Shown here one piece after another: positions 17,401 to 31,600 of a DNA stretch of 64,000 nt (positions are counted from its first letter, which is position 1; each line of letters begins with the position of its first letter). The notes under the pieces are model-generated. The model was not told the origin of the DNA. It did not search any database and was given only the letters and a program-made list of their open reading frames with translations. Both the position numbers and the translations under genes were made by a program. This DNA is from Eledone cirrhosa (lineage: Eukaryota), in assembly GCA_964016885.1 (NCBI GenBank), contig CAXHJY010000105.1, positions 372,001 through 436,000 on the forward strand, read 5' to 3'.

Positions 17401-18909
17401 AGAACACTTGACCTAACATAAGGATGCAGAACACCTGACCTAACATAATGATTCAGAACACCTGATCTAACATAAGGATACAGAACCCTTGACCTAACAA
17501 GGATACAGAACACTTGACCTAACATAAGGATACAGAACCCTTGACCTAACATAAGGATACAGAACACTTGACCTAACATAAGGATACAGAACCCTTGACC
17601 TAACATAAGGATACAGAAACCTTGACCTAACATAAGGATACAGAACCCTTGATCTAACATAAGGATACAGAAGACTTGACCTAACATAACCATACAGAAC
17701 CCTTGACCTAACATAAGGATACAGAACACATGACCTTAGAAGGATACAGAACGCTTGACCTAACATAAGGATACAGAACACTTGACCTAACATAAGGATA
17801 CAGAACACTTGACCTAACATAAGGATACAGAACACTTGACCTAACATAAGTATACAGAACACCTGACCTAACATAAGGATACAGAACACCTGACCTAACA
17901 TAAGGATACAGAACACTTGACCTAACAAACATACAGAACACCTGACCTAACACAAGGACGTAGAACCCTTGACCTAACATAAGCATACAGAACACTTGAC
18001 CTAACATAAGGATACAGAACACTTGACCTAACATAAGGATACAGAACACTTGACCTAACATAAGGATACAGAACACTTAACCTAACATAAGGATACAGAA
18101 CACTTGACCTTACATAAGGATACAGAACACTTGACCTAACATAATGATACAGAACCCGTGATCTAACATAAGGTTACAGTACACCTGACCTAACATAAGG
18201 ATACAGAACACTTGACCTAACATAAGGATACAGAACCCTTGACCTAACATAAGGATACAGAACCCTTGACCTAACATAAGGAAACAGAAGACTTGACCTG
18301 ACATAAGGAAACAGAAGACTTGACCTGACATAAGCATACAGAACCCTTGACCTAACATAAGGATACAGAAGACTTGACCTAACATAACCATACAGAAACC
18401 TTGACCTAACATAAGGATACAGAACACATGACCTAACTAGGATACAGAATGCTTGACCTAACATAAGGATACAGAACACTTCACCTAACATAAGGATACA
18501 GAACCCTTGACCTAACATAAGGATACAGAACACTTGATCTTACATAAGGATACAGAACACTTGACCTAGCATAAGGATACAGAACACTTGACCTTACATA
18601 AGGATACAGAACACTTGACCTTACATAAGGATACAGAACACTTGACCTAACATAAGGATACAGAACACTTGACCTAACATAAGGATACAGAACACCTGAC
18701 CTAACATAAGGATACAGAACACCTGACCTAACATAAGGATACAGAACACTTGACCTAACAAGCATACAGAACACTTGACCTAACATAAGGATACAGAACA
18801 CTTGACCTAACATAAGGATACAGAACACCTGACCTAACATAAGGATACAGAACACTTGACCTAACAATGATACAGAACACTTGACCTATCATAATGATAC
18901 AGAACACTT

Positions 18910-21900
18910 GACCTAACAAGGATACAGAACCCGTGACCTAATATAAGGTTACAGAACACTTGACCTAACATAAGGATACAGAACACCTGACCTAACATAA
19001 GGATACAGAACACTTGACCTAACATAAGGAAACAGAACACTTGACCCAATTTAAGGATACAGAACACTTGACCTAACATAAGGATACAGAACACTTGACC
19101 TAATGTAAGGATACACAATGCTTGACCGAACATAAGGATACAGAACACATAACCTAACATAAGGATACAGAACACTTGACCTAACATAAGGATACAGAAC
19201 CCTTGACCTAACATAAGGATACAGAACACCTGACCTAACATAGGGATACAGAAGACCTGACCTAACATAAGGATACAGAACACTTGACCTAACATAAGGA
19301 TACAAAACCCTTGACCTAACATAAGGATACAAAACCCTTGACCTAACATAAGGATACAGAAGAATTGACCTAACATAAGGATACAGAACCCTTGACCTAA
19401 CATAAGGATACAGAACCCTTGAGCTAACATAAGGATACAGAACCCTTGACCTAACAAGTATACAGAACCCTTGACCTAACATAAGGATACAGAAGACTTG
19501 ACCTAACATAAGGATACAGAACCCTTGACCTAACAAGGATACAGAACACTTGACCTAACATAAGCATACGTAACACTTGACCTAACATAAGGATGCAGAA
19601 CACCTGACCTAACATAAGGATACAGAACACTTGACCTCACATAAGGATGCAGAACACCTGACCTAACATAAGGATACAGAACACTTGACCTAACGTAAGG
19701 ATACAGAACACCTGACCTAACATAAGGATACAGAACACTTGACCTAACATAAGGATACAGAACCCTTGACCTAACATAAGGATACAGAACCCTTGACCTA
19801 ACTTAAGGATACAGAACCCTTGACTTAACATAAGGATACAGAACATTTGACCTAACATAAGGATACAGAACCCTTGACCTAACATAAGGATACAGAACAC
19901 TTGACCTAACATAAGCATACAGAACACTTGACCTAACATAAGGATGCAGAACACCTGACCTAACATAAGGATACAGAACACCTGACCTAACATAAGGATA
20001 CAGAACACTTGACCTAACGTAAGGATGCAGAATCCTTGACCTAACAAGGATACAGAACACTTGACCTAACATAAGGATACAGAACCCTTGACCTAACATA
20101 AGGACACAGAACACTTGACCTAACATAAGGATACAGAACCCTTCACCTAACATAAGGATACAGAAACCTTGACCTAACATAAGGATACAGAACCCTTGAT
20201 CTAACATAAGGATACAGAAGACTTGACCTAACATAACCATACAGAACCCTTGACCTAACAAAGATACAAAATGCTTGACCTAACATAAGGATACAGAACA
20301 CTTGACCTAACATAAGGATACAGAACACTTGACCTAACATAAGGATACAGAACACTTGACCTTACATAAGGATACAGAACATCTGACCTAACATAAGGAT
20401 ACAGAACACCTGACCTAACATAAGGATACAGAACACTTGACCTAACATAACCATACAGAACCCTTGACCTAACAAAGATACAAAATGCTTGACCTAACAT
20501 AAGGATACAGAACACTTGACCTAACATAAGGATACAGAACACTTGACCTAACAAGGATACAGAACCCGTGACCTAATATAAGGTTACAGAACACTTGACC
20601 TAACATAAGGATACAGAACACCTGACCTAACATAAGGATACAGAACACTTGACCTAACATAAGGAAACAGAACACTTGACCCAATTTAAGGATACAGAAC
20701 ACTTGACCTAACATAAGGATACAGAACACTTGACCTAATGTAAGGATACACAATGCTTGACTGAACATAAGGATACAGAACACATAACCTAACATAAGGA
20801 TACAGAACACTTGACCTAACATAAGGATACAGAACCCTTGACCTAACATAAGGATACAGAACACCTGACCTAACATAGGGATACAGAAGACCTGACCTAA
20901 CATAAGGATACAGAACACTTGACCTAACATAAGGATACAAAACCCTTGACCTAACATAAGGATACAAAACCCTTGACCTAACATAAGGATACAGAAGAAT
21001 TGACCTAACATAAGGATACAGAACCCTTGAGCTAACATAAGGATACAGAACCCTTGACCTAACAAGTATACAGAACCCTTGACCTAACATAAGGATACAG
21101 AAGACTTGACCTAACATAAGGATACAGAACCCTTGACCTAACAAGGATACAGAACACTTGACCTAACATAAGCATACGTAACACTTGACCTAACATAAGG
21201 ATGCAGAACACCTGACCTAACATAAGGATACAGAACACTTGACCTCACATAAGGATGCAGAACACCTGACCTAACATAAGGATACAGAACACTTGACCTA
21301 ACGTAAGGATACAGAACACCTGACCTAACATAAGGATACAGAACCCTTGACCTAACATAAGGATACAGAACCCTTGACCTAACGTAAGGATACAGAACCC
21401 TTGACTTAACATAAGGATACAGAACATTTGACCTAACATAAGGATACAGAACCCTTGACCTAACATAAGGATACAGAACACCTGACCTAACATAAGGATA
21501 CAGAACACTTGACCTAACATAAGCATACAGAACACTTGACCTAACATAAGGATGCAGAACACCTGACCTAACATAAGGATACAGAACACCTGACCTAACA
21601 TAAGGATACAGAACACTTGACCTAACGTAAGGATACAGAACCCTTGACCTAACAAGGATACAGAACACTTGACCTAACATAAGGATACAGAACCCTTGAC
21701 CTAACATAAGGACACAGAACACTTGACCTAACATAAGGATACAGAACCCTTCACCTAACATAAGGATACAGAAACCTTGACCTAACATAAGGATACAGAA
21801 CCCTTGATCTAACATAAGGATACAGAAGACTTGACCTAACATAACCATACAGAACCCTTGACCTAACAAAGATACAAAATGCTTGACCTAACATAAGGAT

Positions 21901-21990
21901 ACAGAACACTTGACCTAACATAAGGATACAGAACACTTGACCTAACATAAGGATACAGAACACTTGACCTAACATAAGGATACAGAACAC
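18910..21990. repeat. Tandem higher-order duplication, offset 1608-1635 bp
   Basis: ORF pairs 19637..20047/21245..21655 and 20143/21751 are offset 1608. The two copies share markers I did not see elsewhere: ATACACAATGCTT, AAGCATACGTAACAC and CAAGTATAC. Confidence 0.92.
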
Positions 21991-24899
21991 TTGACCTTAC
22001 ATAAGGATACAGAACATCTGACCTAACATAAGGATACAGAACACCTGACCTAACATAAGGATACAGAACACTTGACCTAACATAAGGACAAAGAACCCTT
22101 GACCTAACATAAGGATACAGTACACTTGACCTAACATAAGGATACAGAACACTTGACCTAACGTAACGATACAGAACACTTGACCAAACGTAAGGATACA
22201 GAACACTTGACCTAACATAAGGATAGAGAACACTTGACCTTACATAAGGATACAGAACACTTGACCTAACATAAGGATACAGAACCCGTGACCTAACATA
22301 AGGTTACAGTACACCTGACCTAATATAAGGATACAAAACACTTGACCTAACATAAGGATACAGAACACTTGACTTAACATAAGGATACAGAACCCGTGAC
22401 CTAATATAAGGATACAGAACACATGACCTAACATAAGGATACAGTACACCTGACCTAATATAAGGATACAGAACACATGACCTAACATAAGGATACAGAA
22501 CACTTGACCTAACATAAGGATACCGAACCCTTGACCTAACATGAGGAAACAGAAGACTTGACCTGACATAAGTATACAGAACACTTGACCTAACATAAGG
22601 ATACAGAACACTTGACCTAACATAAGGATACAGTACACCTGACCTAACATAAGGATACAGAACACTTGACCTAACATAAGGATACAGAACCCGTGACCTA
22701 ATATAAGGATACAGAACACATGACCTAACATAAGGATACAGTACACCTGACCTAATATAAGGATACAGAACACATGACCTAACATAAGGATACAGAACAC
22801 TTGACCTAACATAAGGATACCGAACCCTTGACCTAACATGAGGATACAGAACCCTTGACCTAACATAAGGATACAGAACCCTTGACCTAACATAAGGATA
22901 CAGAAGACTTGACCTAACATAATGATACAGAACACTTGACCTAACATAAGGATACAGAACACTTGACCTAACATAAGGATACCGAACCCTTGACCTAACA
23001 TAAGGATACAGAACCCTTGACCTAACATAAGGATACAGAACCCTTGACCTAACATGAGGAAACAGAAGACTTGACCTGACATAAGCATACAGAACCCTTG
23101 ACCTAACATAAGGATACAGAAGACTTGACCTAACATAACCATACAGAACCCTTGACCTAACATAAGGATACAGAACACTTGACCTTACATAAGGATACAG
23201 AACCCTTGACCTAACATAAGGATACAGAACCCTTGACCTAACATAAGGAAACAGAAGACTTGACCTGACATAAGCATACAGAACCCTTGACCTAACATAA
23301 GGATACAGAAGACTTGACCTAACATAACCATACAGAACCCTTGACCTAACATAAGGATACAGAACCCTTGACCTAACATAAGGAAACAGAAGACTTGACC
23401 TGACATAAGGATACAGAAGACTTGACCTAACATAAGGATACAGAACACCTGACCTAACATAAGGATACAGAACACTTGACCTAACATAAGGATACAGAAC
23501 AATTGACCTTACATAAGGATACAGAACACTTGACCTAATGTAAGGATACAGAACACTTGACCTAACGTAAGGATACAGAACCCTTGACCTAATGTAAGGA
23601 TACAGAACACTTGACCTAACGTAAGGATACAGAACCCTTGACCTAATGTAAGGATACAGAACACTTGACCTAACATAAGGATACAGAACCCTTGACCTAA
23701 TGTAAGGATACAGAACACTTGACCTAACGTAAGGAAACAGAACACCTGACCTAACATAAGGATACAGAACCCTTGACCTAACATAAGGATACAGAACCCT
23801 TGACCTAATGTAAGGATACAGAACACTTGACCTAACGTAAGGATACAGAACACCTGACCTAACATAAGGATACAGAACCCTTGACATAACATAAGGATAC
23901 AGAACACTTGATCTAACATAAGGATACAGAAGACTTGACCTAATGTAAGGATACAGAACACCTGACCTAACATAAGGATACAGAACACCTGACCTAACAT
24001 AAGGACACAGAACACCTGACCTAACATAAGGATACAGAACACTTGACCTAACGTAAGGATACAGAACACTTGACCAAACGTAAAGATACAGAACACTTGA
24101 CCTAATGTAAGGATACAGAACACCTGACCTAACATAAGGATACAGAACACCTGACCTAACAAAAGGATACAGAACCCTTGACCTAACATAAGGATACAGA
24201 ACACTTGACCTAACATAGGGATACAGAACAATTGACCTAACATAAGGATACAGAACACTTGACCTAACATAAGGATACAGAACCCTTGACCTAACATAAG
24301 GATACAGAACCCTTGACCTAACATAAGGATACAGAACCCTTGACCTAACATAAGGATACAGAAGACTTGACCTAACATAAGGATACAGAACCCTTGACCT
24401 AACATAAGGATACAGAACCCTTGACCTAACAAGGATACAGAAGACTTGACCTAACATAGGGATACAGAACCCTTGACCTAACATAAGGATACAGAAGATC
24501 TGACCTAACAAAGATACAGAACACCTGACCTAACATAGGGATACAGAACACTTGACCCAACATAAGGATACAGAAGATCTGACCTAACATAAGGAAACAG
24601 AACACTTGACCTAACATAAGGATACAAAACCCTTGACCTAACATAAGGATACAGAACACCTGACCTAACAAAGATACAGAACACCTGACCTAACATAGGG
24701 ATACAGAACACTTGACCCAACATAAGCATACAGAAGATCTGACCTAACATAAGGAAACAGAACACTTGACCTAACATAAGGATACAAAACCCTTGACCTA
24801 ACATAAGGATACAGAAGAATTGATCTAACATAAGGATACAGAACCCTTGACCTAACATAAGGATACAGAACCCTTGACCTAACATAAGGATACAGAAGA

Positions 24900-27800
24900 C
24901 TTGACCTAACATAAGCATACAGAACACTTGACCTAACGTAAGGATACAGAACACTTGACCTAATGTAAGATTACAGAACACTTGACCTAATGTAAGGATA
25001 CAGAACACCTGACCTAACATAAGGATACAGAACACTTGACCTAACATAAGGATACAGAACACTTGACCTAACGTAAGGATACAGAACACTTGACCTAACG
25101 TAAGGATACAGAACACTTGACCTAATGTAAGGATACAGAACACCTGACCTAACATAAGAATACAGAACACTTGACCTAACATAAGAATACAGAACCCTTG
25201 ACCTAACATAAGGATACAGAACACCTGACCTAACAAAGATACAGAACACCTGACCTAACATAGGGATACAGAACACTTGACCCAACATAAGGATACAGAA
25301 GACCTGACCTAACATAAGGATACAGAACACTTGACCTAACATAAGGATACAGAATCCTTGATCTAACATAAGGATACAGAACACCTGACCTAACAAAGAT
25401 ACAGAACACCTGATCTAACATAGGGATACAGAACACTTGACCCAACATAAGGATACAGAAGACTTGACCTAACATAAGGACACAGAACACCTGACCTAAC
25501 ATAAGGATACAGATCACCGGACCTAACGAGGATACAGAACACCTGACCTAACATAAGGATACAGAACACCTGACCTGATATAAGGATACAGAACACTTGA
25601 CTTAACGTAAGGATACAGAACACTTGACCTAACATAAGGATACAGAACACTTGACCTAACATAAGGATACAAAACCCTTGACCTAACATAAGGATACAGA
25701 AGAATTGACCTAACATAAGGATACAGAACCCTTGACCTAACGTAAGGATACAAAACACTTGACCTAACATAAGGATACAGAACACTTGACCTAACATAAG
25801 GATACAGAAGCCTTGACCTAACATAAGGATACAGAACCCTTGACCTAACATAAGGATACAGAACCCTTGACCTAACATAAGGATACAGAATCTTGACCTA
25901 ACATAAGGATACAGAACACTTGACTTAACATAAAGATACAGAACACGTGACCTAACATAAAGATACAGAACACATGACCTGACATAAGGATACAGAACCC
26001 TTGACCTGACAAGGATACAGAACACTTGACCTAACATAAGGATCAGAACACTTGACCTAACATAAGGATACAGAACCCTTGACCTAACATAAGGATACAG
26101 AACACTTGACCTAACATAAGGATACAGAACACTTGACCTAACATAGGGATACAGAACACTTGACCCAACATAAGGATACAGAACACTTGACCTAACATAA
26201 GGATACAGAACACTTGACCTAACATAAGGATACAGAACACTTCACCTAACATAAGGATACAGAAGACATGACCTAACATAAGGATACAGAACACTTGACC
26301 TAACATAAGGATACAGAACACTTGACCTAAATATAAGGATACAGAACACTTGACCTGACATAAGGATACAGAACCCTTGACCTAACAAGGATACAGAACA
26401 GTTGACCTAACATAAGGATGCAGAACACTTGACCTAACATAAGGATACAGAACACTTGACCTAACATAAGGATACAGAACCCTTGACCTAACATAAGGAT
26501 ACAGAACACTTGACCTAACATAAGGATACAGAACACTTGACCTAACATAAGGATACAGAACACTTGACCTAACATAAGGATACAGAACCCTTGACCTAAC
26601 ATAAGGATACAGAACACTTGACCTAACATAAGGATACAGAACACCTGACCTAACAAGGATACAGAACACTTGAGCTAACATAAGGATACAGAACACTTGA
26701 CCTAACATAAGGATAGAGAACACCTGACCTAACATAAGGATACCGAACACTTGACCTAACATAAGCATACAGAACCCTTGACCTATCATAAGGATATAGA
26801 ACCCTTGACCTAACATAAGGATACAGAACCCTTGACCTAACATAAAGATAGAGAACCCTTGACCTAACATAAGGATACAGAACACCTGACCTAACAAAGA
26901 TATAGAACCCTTGACCTAACATAAGGATACAGAACACTTGACCTAACGTAAGGATACAGAACACCTGCCCTAACATAAGGTTACAGAACCCTTGACCTAA
27001 CATAAGGATACAGAACCCTTGACCTAACAAGGATAAAGAAGACTTGACCTAACATAAGGATACAGAAACCTTGACCTAACAAGGAAACAGAACCCTTGAC
27101 CTAACATAAGGATACAGAACACATGACCTAACAAGGATACAGATCGCTTGACCTAACATAAGGATACAGAAGACTTGACCTAACATAAGCATACAGAACA
27201 CTTGACCTAACGTAAGGATACAGAACACTTGACCTAACGTAAGAATACAGAACACTTGACCTAATGTAAGGATACAGAACACCTGACCTAACATAAGGAT
27301 ACAGAACACTTGACCTAACATAAGGATACAGAACACTTGACCTAACGTAAGGATACAGAACACTTGACCTAATGTAAGGATACAGAACACCTGACCTAAC
27401 ATAAGGATACAGAACACTTGACCTAACATAAGAATACAGAACCCTTGACCTAACATAAGGATACAGAACACCTGACCTAACAAAGATACAGAACACCTGA
27501 CCTAACATAGGGATACAGAACACTTGACCCAACATAAGGATACAGAAGACCTGACCTAACATAAGGATACAGAACACTTGACCTAACATAAGGATACAGA
27601 ACCCTTGATCTAACATAAGGATACAGAACACCTGACCTAACATAGGGATACAGAACATTTGACCCAACAAAAGGATACAGAAGACTTGACCTAACATAAG
27701 GACACAGAACACCTGACCTAACATAAGGATACAGATCACCGGACCTAACGAGGAAACAGAACACCTGACCTAACATAAGGATACAGAACACCTGACCTGA

Positions 27801-28670
27801 TATAAGGATACAGAACACTTGACTTAACGTAAGGATACAGAACACTTGACCTAACATAAGGATACAGAACACTTGACCTAACATAAGGATACAAAACCCT
27901 TGACCTAACATAAGGATACAGAAGAATTGACCTAACATAAGGATACAGAACCCTTGACCTAACGTAAGGATACAAAACACTTGACCTAACATAAGGATAC
28001 AGAACACTTGACCTAACATAAGGATACAGAAGCCTTGACCTAACATAAGGATACAGAAGCCTTGACCTAACATAAGGATACAGAACCCTTGACCTAACAT
28101 AAGGATACAGAACCCTTGACCTAACATAAGGATACAGAAATTTGACCTAACATAAGGATACAGAACACTTGACTTAACATAAGGATACAGAACACGTGAC
28201 CTAACATAAAGATACAGAACACTTGACCTGACATAAGGATACAGAACCCTTGACCTAACAAGGATACAGAACACTTGACCTAACATAAGGATCAGAACAC
28301 TTGACCCAACATAAGGATACAGAACCCTTGACCTAACATAAGGATACAGAACACTTGACCTAACATAAGGATACAGAACACTTGACCTAACATAGGGATA
28401 CAGAACACTTGACCCAACATAAGGATACAGAACACTTGACCTAACATAAGGATACAGAACACTTGACCTAACATAAGGATACAGAACACTTGACCTAACA
28501 TAAGGATACAGAACACTTGACCTAAATATAAGGATACAGAACACTTGACCTGACATAAGGATAGAGAACCCTTGACCTAACAAGGATACAGAACAGTTGA
28601 CCTAACATAAGGATGCAGAACACTTGACCTAACATAAGGATACAGAACACTTGACCTAACATAAGGATAC
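24900..28670. repeat. Higher-order duplication, offset about 2222-2249 bp
   Basis: ORF pairs 25523..25753/27745..27975 (2222) and 26043/28292 (2249). Shared markers are GATCACCGGACCTAACGAGG, CCTGATATAAGG and the 26-bp GGATCAGAAC monomer. Confidence 0.88.
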
Positions 28671-31600
28671 AGAACCCTTGACCTAACAAGGATAAAGAAG
28701 ACTTGACGTAACATAAGGATACAGAAACCTTGACCTAACAAGGAAACAGAACCCTTGACCTAACATAAGGATACAGAACACATGACCTAACAAGGATACA
28801 GATCGCTTGACCTAACATAAGGATACAGAACCCTTGACCTAACGTAAGGATACAGAACCCTTGACCTAACATAAGGATACAGAACATTTGACCTAACATA
28901 AGGATACAGAACACTTGAGCTAACATAAGGATACAGAACACCTGACCTAACATAGGGATACAGAACACCTGACCTAACATAAGGATACAGAACACTTGAC
29001 CTAACGTAAGGATACAGAACACTTGACCTAACATAAGGATACAGAACACTTGACCTAACATAAGGATACAGAACCCTTGACCTAACATAAGGATACAGAA
29101 CCCTTGACCTAACATAAGGATACAGAACACTTGACCTAACATAAGGATACAGAACACTTGACCTAACATAAGGATACAGAACCCTTGACCTAACATAAGG
29201 ATACAGAACCCTTGACCTAACATAAGGATACAGAACACTTGACCTAACATAGGGATAAAGAACACTTGACCTAACATAAGGATACAGAACACATGACCCA
29301 ACATAAGGATACAGAACACTTGACCTAACATAAGGATACAGAACCCTTGACCTAACATAAGGATACAGAACCCTTGACCTAACATAAGGATACAGAACCC
29401 TTGACCTAACATAAGGATACAGAACCCTTGACCTAACATAAGGATACAGAACCCTTGACCTAACATAAGGATACAGAACACTTGACCTAACATAAGGATA
29501 CAGAACACTTGACCTAACATAAGGATACAGAACCCTTGACCTAACATAAGGATACAGAACCCTTGACCTAACATAAGGATACAGAACACTTGACCTAACA
29601 TAGGGATAAAGAACACTTGACCTAACATAAGGATACAGAACACATGACCCAACATAAGGATACAGAACACTTGACCTAACATAAGGATACAGAACCCTTG
29701 ACCTAACATAAGGATACAGAACCCTTGACCTAACATAAGGATACAGAACCCTTGACCTAACATAAGGATACAGAACACTTGACCTAACATAAGGATACAG
29801 AACACAAGACATAACATAAGCATACAGAACACTTGACCTAACATAAGGATACAGAACACCTGACCTAACATAAGGGTACAGAACACCTGACCTAACATAA
29901 GGATACAGAACACTTGACCTAACATAAGGATACAGAACCCTTGACCTAACATAAGGATACAGAACCCTTGACCTAACATAAGGATACAGAAGCCTTGACC
30001 TAATATAAGGATACAGAATCCTTGATATAACATAAGGATACAGAACCCTTGACCTAACATAAGGATACAGAACCCTTGATCTAACATAAGGATACAGAAG
30101 ATTTGACCTAACATAACCATACAGAACCCTGGACCTAACATAAGGATCCAGAACACTTGATCTAACATAAGGATACAGAACCCTTGACCTAACATAAGGA
30201 TACAGAAGACTTGACCTAACATAAGGATACAGAACCCTTGACCTAACCTAAGGATACAGAACACTTGACCTAACATAAGATACAGAACCCTTGACCTAAC
30301 ATAAGGATACAGAACCCTTGACCTAACATAAAGGATACAGAACCCTTGACCTAACAAGGATGCAGAAGACTTGACCTAACATAAGCATACAGAACCCTTG
30401 ACCTAACATAAGGATACGGAACACATAACCTAACAAGGATACAGAACGCTTGACCTAACATAAGGATACAGAACACTTGACCTAACATAAGGATACAGAA
30501 CACCTGACCTAACATAAGGATACAGAACACTTGACCTAACGTAAGGATACAGAACACTTGACTTAACGTAAGGATACAGAACACTTGACCTAACGTAAGG
30601 ATACAGAACACCTGACCTAACATACGGATACAGTAAACCTGACCTAACATAAGGATACAGAACACTTGACCTAACATAAGGATACAGAACACTTGACCTA
30701 ACATAAGGATACAGAACACCTGACCTAACATAAGGATACAGAACACTTGACCTAATGGAAGGATACAGAACACTTGACCTAACATAAGGATACAGAACAC
30801 TTGACCTAATGTAAGGATACAGAACACCTGACCTAACATAAGGATACAGAACACTTGACCTAACATAAGGATACAGAACACTTGACCTAACAAGGATACA
30901 GAACACTTGACCTAACATAAGGATACAGAACACTTGACCTAACACAAGGATACAGAACGCCTGACCTAACATAAGGATACAGAACACCTGACCTAACATA
31001 AGGATACAGAACACTTGACCTAACCTAAGGATACAGAACACCTGACCTAACATAGGGATACAGAACACCTGACCTAACATAAGGATACAGAACACTTGAC
31101 CTAACGTAAGGATACAGAACACTTGACCTAACATAAGGATACAGAACACTTGACCTAACATAAGGATACAGAACCCTTGACCTGACATAAGGATACAGAA
31201 CCCTTGACCTAACATAAGGATACAGAACACTTGACCTAACATAAGGATACAGAACACTTGACCTAACATAAGGATACAGAACCCTTGACCTAACATAAGG
31301 ATACAGAACCCTTGACCTAACATAAGGATACAGAACACTTGACCTAACATAGGGATAAAGAACACTTGACCTAACATAAGGATACAGAACACATGACCCA
31401 ACATAAGGACACAGAACCCTTGACCTAACATAAGGATACAGAACACTTGACCGCACATAAGGATACAGAACACTTGACCTAACATAAGGATACAGAACAC
31501 AAGACATAACATAAGCATACAGAACACTTGACCTAACATAAGGATACAGAACACCTGACCTAACATAAGGTTACAGAACACCTGACCTAACATAAGGATA

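Noticed and set aside
22304-24511. 735-aa Tyr-X-Tyr-rich ORF as an extensin-like or structural protein
   Set aside because: It has no Ser-Pro(n) blocks and no distinct signal peptide or unique termini. It is simply a long indel-free run of the satellite.
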